DNA of 28,259 nucleotides from Thermodesulfobacteriota bacterium (GTDB taxonomy: Bacteria > Desulfobacterota > QYQD01). Shown piece by piece: positions 17,863 to 25,350 of the stretch. Made by a program: the position numbers and the translations under genes. The stretch spans positions 1 to 28,259 of the forward strand of contig JASEGX010000002.1 of assembly GCA_030017815.1 (NCBI GenBank). Direction: 5' to 3'. How positions within the stretch are numbered: the stretch's first letter is position 1; every line of letters starts with the position of its first letter. Under the pieces are notes generated by a model. The model worked only from the letters and a program-made list of their open reading frames with translations, was not told the DNA's origin and did no database searches.

Positions 17863-19113
17863 ATTAGCACACCCTCATGCAATAAGTGCGGGACGTGCAT
17901 GAGTGTCTGTCCCGTTTACCAGGCAACAGGGCTGGAGGCCTATTCCCCCCGGGGCAAATTAAGCCTTATCGAGGCCAACCGGGAAGGCCGGTTACCGTTT
18001 TCCGACCGCTTTGAAGAATTGCTCTCCTACTGTCTTCTTTGCGGGGCCTGTACGAATGCCTGTCCCGCCGGGGTAAATGCGGATGTCTCCATACAGGAAG
18101 CGCGGGCAAGGTTGGTCGAAGAGAAGGGACTCCCGGCGGGGAAGCGATACTTTTTTCATTACCTTCTGGATTCTGAGCGCCTTTTGCCCTTTATATTAAA
18201 AAGCGGTTCCCTGATCCAGGGCCTCCTTTGCAAAAGAATCCCGGAAGACAGCGGCCTTCATTGTCGATTTCCGATCCCTCTGTTGGCCGGAAGGTCATGG
18301 CTGCCGCCATTGGCGCCGACCTTTTTTCTGGATAATGACCTGCCCCAGGAAACAAGCGCCCCGGCTAAGGCAGCTTACTTTACAGGATGCATCACAAATT
18401 ATCTCTTTCCTAACGTAGGTAAGGCTGTCCTGAATATTTTTGACTTTCTCGGAGAGCCTGTATGGGCGCCCAAGAAGCAGAAATGCTGTGGGTTCCCGGC
18501 CTTTTGTGCCGGGGATGAAGAGACGGCGCGTTCCCTGGCACGGGCCAATATCTCGGCATTCCTGGATGGCCGGTTCGATTACATCGTTACGACCTGTGCC
18601 TCCTGCAGCTCCCATCTAAGATTTAATTATCCCAGGCTTCTGGCCGCCGACCCGGTCTTTGCAGAAAAAGCGGCGGAATTTTCGGCAAAAGTGATGGATA
18701 TATCGGTTTTTTTATCCCATAACAAGGGATTTCCCCGGCAGTTATCGGATCTCACGCCGAAAACCGGCAGCCTGAAGGTGACGTATCATGATCCCTGCCA
18801 TTTTCGGTTTAGAGAAAAGATATTCGAGGAGCCGCGTCTGCTCATCAAGTCGCTGCCCGGAGTTGATTTTCGCGAACCGGCCGGCGGAGCTGCGTGTTGC
18901 GGACATGGCGGGTTGTTTAATATAACCCATTATGACCTGTCCCAGGAGATTCTTGATAAAAGGATGGCTGTGTTAAGAGACACGGGAGCAGATATCTTAG
19001 TTACCAGTTGCATGGGCTGTCTGTTACAGTGGAAGGAGGGTCTGGTTAGGCATGGGCTTAATGCACAGGCCATGCATCTGGTAGAGTTATTCGATATTTT
19101 TTTGTCAAAATGA
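17863..19113 (+). CDS. GlcF/GlpC-like (Fe-S)-binding oxidoreductase subunit, 2x[4Fe-4S] plus two CCG domains
   Basis: CNKCGTCMSVCP (starts upstream of ATG 17899), CLLCGACTNACP, CCGFP, YHDPCH, CCGHGG. Start placed at ATT 17863 after AGGAGG. Confidence 0.85.
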   Translation: MSTPSCNKCGTCMSVCPVYQATGLEAYSPRGKLSLIEANREGRLPFSDRFEELLSYCLLCGACTNACPAGVNADVSIQEARARLVEEKGLPAGKRYFFHYLLDSERLLPFILKSGSLIQGLLCKRIPEDSGLHCRFPIPLLAGRSWLPPLAPTFFLDNDLPQETSAPAKAAYFTGCITNYLFPNVGKAVLNIFDFLGEPVWAPKKQKCCGFPAFCAGDEETARSLARANISAFLDGRFDYIVTTCASCSSHLRFNYPRLLAADPVFAEKAAEFSAKVMDISVFLSHNKGFPRQLSDLTPKTGSLKVTYHDPCHFRFREKIFEEPRLLIKSLPGVDFREPAGGAACCGHGGLFNITHYDLSQEILDKRMAVLRDTGADILVTSCMGCLLQWKEGLVRHGLNAQAMHLVELFDIFLSK

Positions 19114-19142
19114 GCCGCCTATTTCGGGGATAGACATTTTCC

Positions 19143-19171
19143 TTGACATGCAATCTCTATTTTGTTACACA
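19143..19171 (+). promoter_or_regulatory. Putative sigma70 promoter for the cytochrome c3 gene
   Basis: TTGACA, 17 nt spacer, TG-T-TACACA. Confidence 0.4.
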
Positions 19172-19279
19172 CAAGCTGAACTGTGATTCAGTGGGTGACT
19201 GTGAAAGATAACCACAGAGTGCACAGAAAAAGCTAAAAGCGTGAAACCGGAAACTGTAGTTTTCGGATAACAATAGAGA

Positions 19280-19403
19280 CTCTTGCAAAAGTCGTCACAC
19301 CGGTGAAAACCGGTGTCCAGAAGTACCTTGATTCGCTTGAAATTACTGGATTCCGGCTTTCGCCGGAATGACAAGAACGCCATTCACAAGACTTTTGCAA
19401 GAG
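19280..19403. mobile_element. 124-bp MITE-like element, CTCTTGCAAAA family, copy 3
   Basis: Perfect 14-bp inverted ends CTCTTGCAAAAGTC / GACTTTTGCAAGAG; internal GTCACACCGGTGAAAACCGGTGTCCAG and CTGGATTCCGGCTTTCGCCGGAATGAC. Confidence 0.8.
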
Positions 19404-19455
19404 GTTCTGTAGTTAATATTTTAGCAATAAGTTATTGTTAGTCAGGAGGAAAGAG

Positions 19456-19836
19456 ATGAAAAACAGGGGCATTCTGCTGATGATAGTCATGGCTGTTTTT
19501 ATAATAGCTACTTGTGCTTACGCCCAGGAAGAAGTGCTGAAACTGGAGCATAAGGCCTTTGAAAAACGACAGAGGCCGGGCGTGACATTCCAGCATGCCC
19601 AACACTTTGCTACCATTGAGTGTACGGCGTGCCATCATTTTTATGTAAACGGACAGAACGTCTGGGATGAGTCGCGGGAAACGAATTGTGCGGCCTGCCA
19701 TGGCTTGGAGGCCGAAGGTAAGAAAATGGGCCTTATGAAGGCGTTTCACGAGAACTGCGTGGGTTGTCACCGGGAGACCAAACCGGCAGCAGGCAAGTCA
19801 CTCCCGGTGATGTGTGGCGAATGCCACAAAAAATAA
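19456..19836 (+). CDS. Periplasmic tetraheme cytochrome c3 (class III)
   Basis: Sec signal peptide (AYA|QEE), four CxxCH (CTACH, CAACH, CVGCH, CGECH), VTFQHAQH and KAFH distal His motifs; AGGAGG RBS. Confidence 0.92.
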   Translation: MKNRGILLMIVMAVFIIATCAYAQEEVLKLEHKAFEKRQRPGVTFQHAQHFATIECTACHHFYVNGQNVWDESRETNCAACHGLEAEGKKMGLMKAFHENCVGCHRETKPAAGKSLPVMCGECHKK

Positions 19837-19856
19837 ATATGCAGATGTAGTTTTTT

Positions 19857-19889
19857 AAAACGGGAAGTTTATAAGCTTCCCGTTTTTTT
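19857..19889 (+). terminator. Intrinsic terminator after the cytochrome gene
   Basis: AAAACGGGAAG..CTTCCCGTTTTTTT stem-loop with a U7 tail. Confidence 0.8.
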
Positions 19890-19906
19890 GTGGCCCCTTT
19901 TTTATC

Positions 19907-19935
19907 TTGACAAAGGGTGCGTTTAGGTATATCCA
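19907..19935 (+). promoter_or_regulatory. Possible internal promoter for rnfC
   Basis: Perfect TTGACA at 19907; only a weak -10 (GGTATATCC region). Confidence 0.3.
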
Positions 19936-19971
19936 ATCCCGTAATTTGCTGGAAGGAGAGAGTGAACCAAT

Positions 19972-21267
19972 ATGAGCCCAGGTAGCTTTTCTGGCGGTAT
20001 TTGCTTGTCTATTTCAGACGCAAGCGCAAACAAACCCTTCGAACGTATCATCCCCTCCGGTGTTGTAACTATCCCTCTCAGGCAGGATCTCGGCGGAATT
20101 TGCAATGCCAAGGTCAAAAAGGGTGATGAGGTCAAGGTCGGACAGGTAATCGGTGAAAGCGCCGGTCCGGAAGGCGCCTCTATCCATGCCACGGTTTCCG
20201 GTAAAGTAGCCGATGTAATAAAGGCCTATCCCCATTTTTCAGGGGGATTCGTCCCGGCTGTGCTCATAGAATCCGATGGCAAGGATGAGTGGGTGGGACT
20301 GGAGGGCAGCGCAGACCCAATGGCCGCCATACAACAGGCGGGAATTATTGATTTTGATATAAAGCCGGTACCGCTTGCAGCCAAGCTCAACGAGGCAAAG
20401 TCTCGCCGGGCTAACGCCCTTATTGTGAATGCCATGGACATAGAGCCGGTACTCTCGAGCCGGTCACGTCTGTTGTCTGAAAGGGTTCAGGAAGTGGCCT
20501 GCGGGATAGACACTATAAAAAGCATAATCGGCGCAGCATCGGTGTATGTTGCCGTCGATAAAGGTGCGTCTCAGGCTATGTCCGCTGTCGGTTCCGCCTG
20601 CGGTGGCGCGGCTACCGTAGTGGGGTTGAACCCTAAGTATCCCCAGGCTGTTGACCTCTTACTGGTAAAGTCGATACTGGGTAAGGAGGTGCCCTGTACA
20701 GAGGCCTATTGTGTGGCCGATATAGGCGCCCTGGTCCTGAGTGTCGAGACAGTGGCGGCGGTGGGCCGGGCTATGGCGGATAAAAAGCCGGTGGTGGACA
20801 GGTTCATAACCATTACCGGCGCCAACGGGACCGGCGCCAAAAATGTCCAGGTAAGGATAGGCACGACGATTAAGGAAGTTCTGGGGCATTGTGGAATTTC
20901 CGTGGAAGGGATGGGCAAGGTTATAGCCGGCGGCCCCATGATGGGCACGGCCATCGCCAATACCGAGACGCCGGTGACCAAAGAGGTGCTGGGTATCTTT
21001 GTCCAGCATGAGAAAGAGATTACCGGGTTCGACTCGGCTGTCTGTATCAAATGCGGGTTATGTATCGAGGTGTGTCCGGTAGGCCTGATGCCGTTCCTTA
21101 TTTCCGGCTTTTCGGAAAAAGGGGTATATGCCAAGGCTGCGGCCAACGATATATTTACATGCTTTGAATGTGGATGCTGTGTCTACGTGTGCCCGGTAAT
21201 GATACCAATGGTGCACTGGATAAAATTTGGCAAGGCACAAATTATGGCGCAAAGGAGTAGCGAATGA
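19972..21267 (+). CDS. rnfC: RnfC-like subunit with degenerate FMN/NAD motifs
   Basis: FSGGI, VKKGDEVKVGQVIG..IHATVSGKV, KYPQ, GGPMMG, CIKCGLCIEVCP and CFECGCCVYVCP. Confidence 0.9.
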   Translation: MSPGSFSGGICLSISDASANKPFERIIPSGVVTIPLRQDLGGICNAKVKKGDEVKVGQVIGESAGPEGASIHATVSGKVADVIKAYPHFSGGFVPAVLIESDGKDEWVGLEGSADPMAAIQQAGIIDFDIKPVPLAAKLNEAKSRRANALIVNAMDIEPVLSSRSRLLSERVQEVACGIDTIKSIIGAASVYVAVDKGASQAMSAVGSACGGAATVVGLNPKYPQAVDLLLVKSILGKEVPCTEAYCVADIGALVLSVETVAAVGRAMADKKPVVDRFITITGANGTGAKNVQVRIGTTIKEVLGHCGISVEGMGKVIAGGPMMGTAIANTETPVTKEVLGIFVQHEKEITGFDSAVCIKCGLCIEVCPVGLMPFLISGFSEKGVYAKAAANDIFTCFECGCCVYVCPVMIPMVHWIKFGKAQIMAQRSSE

Positions 21268-22232
21268 AAGCCCCGGAACTTGTCGTATCTGCTACGCCGC
21301 ATATCCATAGCGGCAACTCCGTTCAAAAGATGATGCTGAACATAATCATCGCCCTGATCCCGGCGATAGCTGCGGGGGTATATTTTTATGGTATGGGCGC
21401 GGTGCGGGTTGTCGCTGTCTCAGTGCTCTCAGCCGTGGCCTGGCAGGCTATCTTACAAAAGATGATGGGGAGGAAGGTTACCATCAATGACCTGACCGCT
21501 GTGGTAAGTGGTCTCGTCTTGGCTGCCATCCTTTCGCCCACGCTGCCGTGGTGGATGATCGTGATCGCTACCTTGATTATGATCCTTCTTGGGAAAGAGA
21601 TTTACGGCGGGCTGGGCTGTAACCCGTTTAACGGTGTCTTGGTGGCTTACGTGGCATTAAGGTTGTCTTATCCGGAGGCCATGATTGCCTGGACGCCGCC
21701 GGCCGGTGATATAATGACCGAGCTGCCCCCCCTCCAGGTCTTGAGGGATGAAGGGGTCGGGGTTATCTGGGAATACTTTACTTTGAAAGACCTGCTCATT
21801 GGTAAGGTAGCCGGTACCGCAGGTGAAGGGTGCAAGATCGCTCTTCTGATAGGAGGTCTTTTCCTCCTCTTGAGGCGTAACTTTTCCTGGCATATTCCGG
21901 TCAGCTTTCTGGCAGGTATCGCAATCCTCTCAGGGATTCTGTGGCTGGCTGATCCAGAGAAATATGCCAGTCCGGTCTTTCATCTCCTGGTTGGCGGTAG
22001 TTTCCTGGCGGCCTTTTTTCTGGCTACCGATTCCACTACCTCACCGGTTACACCAATTGCTATGGTACTATATGGATTGATAGCCGGAATGCTTACGGTG
22101 GTTATACGGGCCTGGGCCCAATGGGAGGATGGGGCCTACTTTGCGGTCCTTATGATCAGTACATTAACTCCGCTTTTAGATATGATCAAACCAAGAGTCT
22201 ATGGGAGGGTGAAGGCCAGTGCAAGTTCGTGA
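21264..22232 (+). CDS. rnfD: RnfD subunit, FMN-attachment Thr apparently absent
   Basis: SATPHIH, GKEIYGGLGCNPFN, AAFFLATDSTTSP; hydrophobic, about 10 TM. Confidence 0.92.
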   Translation: MKAPELVVSATPHIHSGNSVQKMMLNIIIALIPAIAAGVYFYGMGAVRVVAVSVLSAVAWQAILQKMMGRKVTINDLTAVVSGLVLAAILSPTLPWWMIVIATLIMILLGKEIYGGLGCNPFNGVLVAYVALRLSYPEAMIAWTPPAGDIMTELPPLQVLRDEGVGVIWEYFTLKDLLIGKVAGTAGEGCKIALLIGGLFLLLRRNFSWHIPVSFLAGIAILSGILWLADPEKYASPVFHLLVGGSFLAAFFLATDSTTSPVTPIAMVLYGLIAGMLTVVIRAWAQWEDGAYFAVLMISTLTPLLDMIKPRVYGRVKASASS

Positions 22233-22806
22233 AATCATTAAGATGATTGTGGTTTTGACGCTCATTGCCGCTGTCTGCGGAGGGGGACTGTCGCTTGTCA
22301 AACTAGCTACAGCGGAACAAATTGCCTATCAGCAGATAAAATTCATCAAGGAGCCTGCCTTGAAGAAGGTGCTCACCGGTTATGACAATGACCCCGTCAC
22401 AGACCGGAAGGACATCGTAACCGGCAAGGACAAGAAGGGTAAGGACGTAGTAACCACCTTCTTTTTTGCCAAAAAAGGTGGTCAGGTTATCACCGTTGCC
22501 TTTGAAGCCAGCGCTACCGGATTTCATGGCGATATCGGCGTAATGATGGCCGTTAACCCTGAGATTGACAAGCTGGATGGAATAGCCATTACCTCCCAGT
22601 CCGAGACGCCGGGTGTGGGCACCAGGGTAGCGGATGACCCATCCTTCTGCGCCCAGTTCAAGGACAAGTCCTTAACGGCTAATTTCAGCCTTGGGGGCGA
22701 GGTTCAGGGGCTGAGCGGGGCTACGGTATCCTCGGCCGGTGTAAGCAACGCGGTAAAGGCTGGTGTGGAGACTTACAAGAAATATAAATCCCAGTTGGGC
22801 GTATAA
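22219..22806 (+). CDS. rnfG: RnfG subunit (covalent FMN)
   Basis: N-terminal TM, GFHGDIGVMMAV, ETPGVG, LSGATVSS FMN motif. Confidence 0.92.
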   Translation: MQVREIIKMIVVLTLIAAVCGGGLSLVKLATAEQIAYQQIKFIKEPALKKVLTGYDNDPVTDRKDIVTGKDKKGKDVVTTFFFAKKGGQVITVAFEASATGFHGDIGVMMAVNPEIDKLDGIAITSQSETPGVGTRVADDPSFCAQFKDKSLTANFSLGGEVQGLSGATVSSAGVSNAVKAGVETYKKYKSQLGV

Positions 22807-22823
22807 AATTGAGGAGGTTTGTA

Positions 22824-23429
22824 ATGGCGCGCATTGTCAGTGAATTCACCAAGGGCCTCTGGAAGGAGATCCCTCCCTTCCGTTTCGTCCTCGGCCTGTG
22901 TTCGGCTCTGGCTGTGACTACGGACGTGGCCAATGGTCTAGGTCTGGGGGGCGGGGTCATTTTTGTGACCACCATGGGGAACGTCTTTGTCTCCATGCTG
23001 CGCAAGATTATACCGGATAAGGTGAGGATAGCGGTCTTTATTGCCATCATTGCCAGCGCGGTCATCATAGTGGAGCTGGTGATGCAGGCCTATTTCTATC
23101 CGCTTTTCCTGGTGCTCGGTATCTGGATACCCCTTATCGTAGTTAACTGAGTGCCTCTGGGACGGGCGGAGGCCTTCGCCCGCAAAGAGCCGGTCGGGCT
23201 CTCTTTAGCTGATGGATTAGGAATGGGGTTAGGATTTACCATATCATTGGTTGTGGTATCGACCATTCGGGAGATACTGGGTAAGGGTTCCTGGTTCGGG
23301 ATTCCGGTTATGCCGGTGGGTTATCCGGGCATGCCGTACCTTCTTAAGCCGCCGGGGGCCTTTGCCTTGTTGGGCCTGCTGCTCGGCATTATGAACTTTA
23401 TTTCCTTAAAGCTGGAAGCCAAGAAGTAG
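22824..23429 (+). CDS. rnfE: RnfE subunit, 201 aa with in-frame TGA at codon 109 (predicted selenocysteine)
   Basis: ORFs 22809-23150 and 23151-23429 are in frame and join as IPLIVVN-[TGA]-VPLGRAEAFA; LGLCSALAVTT, DGLGMGLGFT, PPGAF; GAGGAGG RBS before ATG 22824. Confidence 0.88.
23151..23190 (+). ncRNA. Candidate bacterial SECIS element (cis-acting mRNA hairpin)
   Basis: 7-bp stem GGGCGGA/TTCGCCC (23164-23181) with GGCC loop; loop starts 20 nt after the UGA and begins with G; possible lower stem CTCT/AGAG. Confidence 0.7.
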
Positions 23430-23450
23430 GAAGAAGGGGGAAGAGAGATT

Positions 23451-24029
23451 ATGCAACAAGACTGGTTCATGTTTATCCTGTCGGCTATTATCGTTAACAA
23501 CATCCTCCTGATAAGGTTCCTGGGAAACTGTCCCTTCCTGGGGGTTACCACGGCCATGGACAGCGCCCTCGGCATGTCCGCGGCCTGTATTTTTGTGAAT
23601 GTTCTTTCCGGCGTTCTCTGCTGGATATTTCAGAAGGCGGTACTGGATACCCTGGGTCTGGAATACCTGCAGACGCTGGCCTTTATTCTGATCATTGCCG
23701 GCCTGGTCCAGTTCGTGGAGATGGTGGTTCAGAAGGTATCACCGGCGCTTTACCGGGCCCTGGGTATCTACCTGCCGCTTATAACCACCAACTGCATGAT
23801 CTTTGGCGTGGCCGTGTTAAACATCCGGGAGGATCATGATTTTATACATACAGTTGTTTATTCTCTGGCCACCGCCCTTGGGTTTAGTCTGGCTATGGTG
23901 ATCATGGCCGGTATCCGGGAAAGGATGCTCATTGCCAGGATACCCAAGCTTCTGGATGGGGTACCACTGGGTTTAATCACGGCCGGCATGATAGGTCTTA
24001 CCTTTTATGCCTTGGCCGGCATATCTTAA
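23451..24029 (+). CDS. rnfA: RnfA subunit
   Basis: NNILLIRFLGNCPFLG, ALGIYLPLITTNCMIFG, MAGIRER; both cluster cysteines present. Confidence 0.95.
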   Translation: MQQDWFMFILSAIIVNNILLIRFLGNCPFLGVTTAMDSALGMSAACIFVNVLSGVLCWIFQKAVLDTLGLEYLQTLAFILIIAGLVQFVEMVVQKVSPALYRALGIYLPLITTNCMIFGVAVLNIREDHDFIHTVVYSLATALGFSLAMVIMAGIRERMLIARIPKLLDGVPLGLITAGMIGLTFYALAGIS

Positions 24030-24053
24030 ATATGGACGGCAGGTGAGGTTTAT

Positions 24054-24860
24054 ATGGGACCGATAATCACAGCAGTGGCGGCTATGGGGGCCTTAGGATT
24101 GGGGCTGAGCGTTGTGCTTGGTGTGGCCAGTAAGGTTTTTTACGTCTATGTTGACCCGCGCATTACCCAAGTAGCCGACGTGCTGCCGGGCGCCAATTGT
24201 GGCGGCTGCGGCTACGCCGGTTGTAGCGACTGTGCGGCGGCTATGGTGGAAGGCAAAGCGCCGGTTAACGCCTGCAAGGCTGGCGGGGCCTCGGTGGCCC
24301 AGGCAGTAGCCGGTGTGCTGGGTGTCTCGGCCGTGGCGGCAGAGCGCGAGGTGGCCAGGATCTTCTGTAAAGGTGACAATACCAGGGCCGAAAGAAAGTT
24401 CCAATACATGGGTATTAATGATTGCCGGGCTGCCATGCTGGTCTCCAGCGGTGACAAATCGTGTGGTTACGGGTGCCTGGGGCTTGGCACCTGCGTAGCC
24501 AATTGTCCGTTTGGGGCCCTTAGCATGGGTGAAGATGGCCTGCCCAGGGTAGATGATGAAAAATGTACGGCTTGCGGGACATGTGTTAAGGTTTGCCCGC
24601 GGCATATTCCCCGGGTGATCCCAGTATCGCAGAAAGCGGCCAGCCTGTGCAGCTCGCATGATGTTGGTAAGCTGGTCAAGGAGATCTGTGAGGCCGGCTG
24701 TCTGGGATGCGGCTTGTGTAAAAAGGCGTGTCCGGAAAAGGCGATTGAGGTGGTGAAGTTTCTTTCCGTTGTAGATACTGCCAAGTGCAATGGTTGCGGG
24801 AAGTGCTTTGAGAAATGCCCGACCGGCATTATGCAGAGCTTGGTTTTCACTGTAGTATAA
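24054..24860 (+). CDS. rnfB: RnfB subunit (polyferredoxin)
   Basis: LPGANCGGCGYAGC, GCLGLGTCVANCPF, CTACGTCVKVCP, CLGCGLCKKACP, CNGCGKCFEKCP. Confidence 0.95.
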   Translation: MGPIITAVAAMGALGLGLSVVLGVASKVFYVYVDPRITQVADVLPGANCGGCGYAGCSDCAAAMVEGKAPVNACKAGGASVAQAVAGVLGVSAVAAEREVARIFCKGDNTRAERKFQYMGINDCRAAMLVSSGDKSCGYGCLGLGTCVANCPFGALSMGEDGLPRVDDEKCTACGTCVKVCPRHIPRVIPVSQKAASLCSSHDVGKLVKEICEAGCLGCGLCKKACPEKAIEVVKFLSVVDTAKCNGCGKCFEKCPTGIMQSLVFTVV

Positions 24861-24871
24861 GGAGGCGTTGA

Positions 24872-25348
24872 ATGTCTCAAAAGATATTGATAGCTATGGA
24901 TGAGTCTGAGAATTCGATGAAGGCGGTGCGGTATGTGGCTGACACCGTGAACCCAAAGGCCGTAGAGGTAACCCTGTTCAGTGTGCTTCCGGAGGCTCCC
25001 GGCACTGGCCTGGAAAAGGAACCCTCGCTGCATCCCGTATTTGCCAGTAAGATGCTGGAGTTAAAGGGGCTGACGGAAGAGAAGCGTAAGATAATGGAAT
25101 CCGTTACGGCTTCGGCCAGGAAAATTCTGGAGAAAGCAGGGATCCCGGGCGATAAAATAAGCATTAATATCCAGGTAAAGAAGGTCGGTATAGCCAGGGA
25201 CATTATGTTTGAGGCCCAGGAAGGAAAGTATAATGCCATAGTTGTCGGGCGAAGGGGTGTTTCTGCAATAAAGGAATTTATGTTCGGTAGCATTTCGAAC
25301 AAGGTGGTAAGCTTTGCACGAAACTGTACGGTCTGGGTTGTGGATTGA
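24872..25348 (+). CDS. Universal stress protein (single domain)
   Basis: KILIAMDESENS, IVVGRRGVSAIKEFMFGSISNKVV. Confidence 0.9.
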   Translation: MSQKILIAMDESENSMKAVRYVADTVNPKAVEVTLFSVLPEAPGTGLEKEPSLHPVFASKMLELKGLTEEKRKIMESVTASARKILEKAGIPGDKISINIQVKKVGIARDIMFEAQEGKYNAIVVGRRGVSAIKEFMFGSISNKVVSFARNCTVWVVD

Positions 25349-25350
25349 GG

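Noticed and set aside
19199-19217. Possible Rex operator CTGTGAA-AGATA-ACCACAG upstream of the cytochrome/rnf genes
   Set aside because: The spacer is 5 nt rather than 4, the right half is poor versus TTGTGAA-N4-TTCACAA, and it overlaps the CCACAGAG repeat motif
19150-19280. Riboswitch or structured ncRNA in the cytochrome leader
   Set aside because: No recognisable aptamer consensus; an Rfam/Infernal scan would be needed. No tRNA or rRNA was seen in the window either
5201-19383. Small ORFs 5201-5395, 9582-9776, 9850-10122, 11774-12031 and 19165-19383
   Set aside because: They read through palindromic repeat elements, which tend to give open frames; no independent coding evidence
21265-22232. 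Sec read-through at other TGA stops (rnfC, rnfD, hemB, USP, DUF4390)
   Set aside because: These proteins are full length and the next gene starts at or overlaps the stop; the TGA is not at a conserved Cys
22809-23429. rnfE as two separate genes or a pseudogene
   Set aside because: The halves are perfectly in frame, the stop is at a conserved Cys, a SECIS-like hairpin follows, the second half has no RBS and there are no other lesions. A nonsense mutation is not fully excluded
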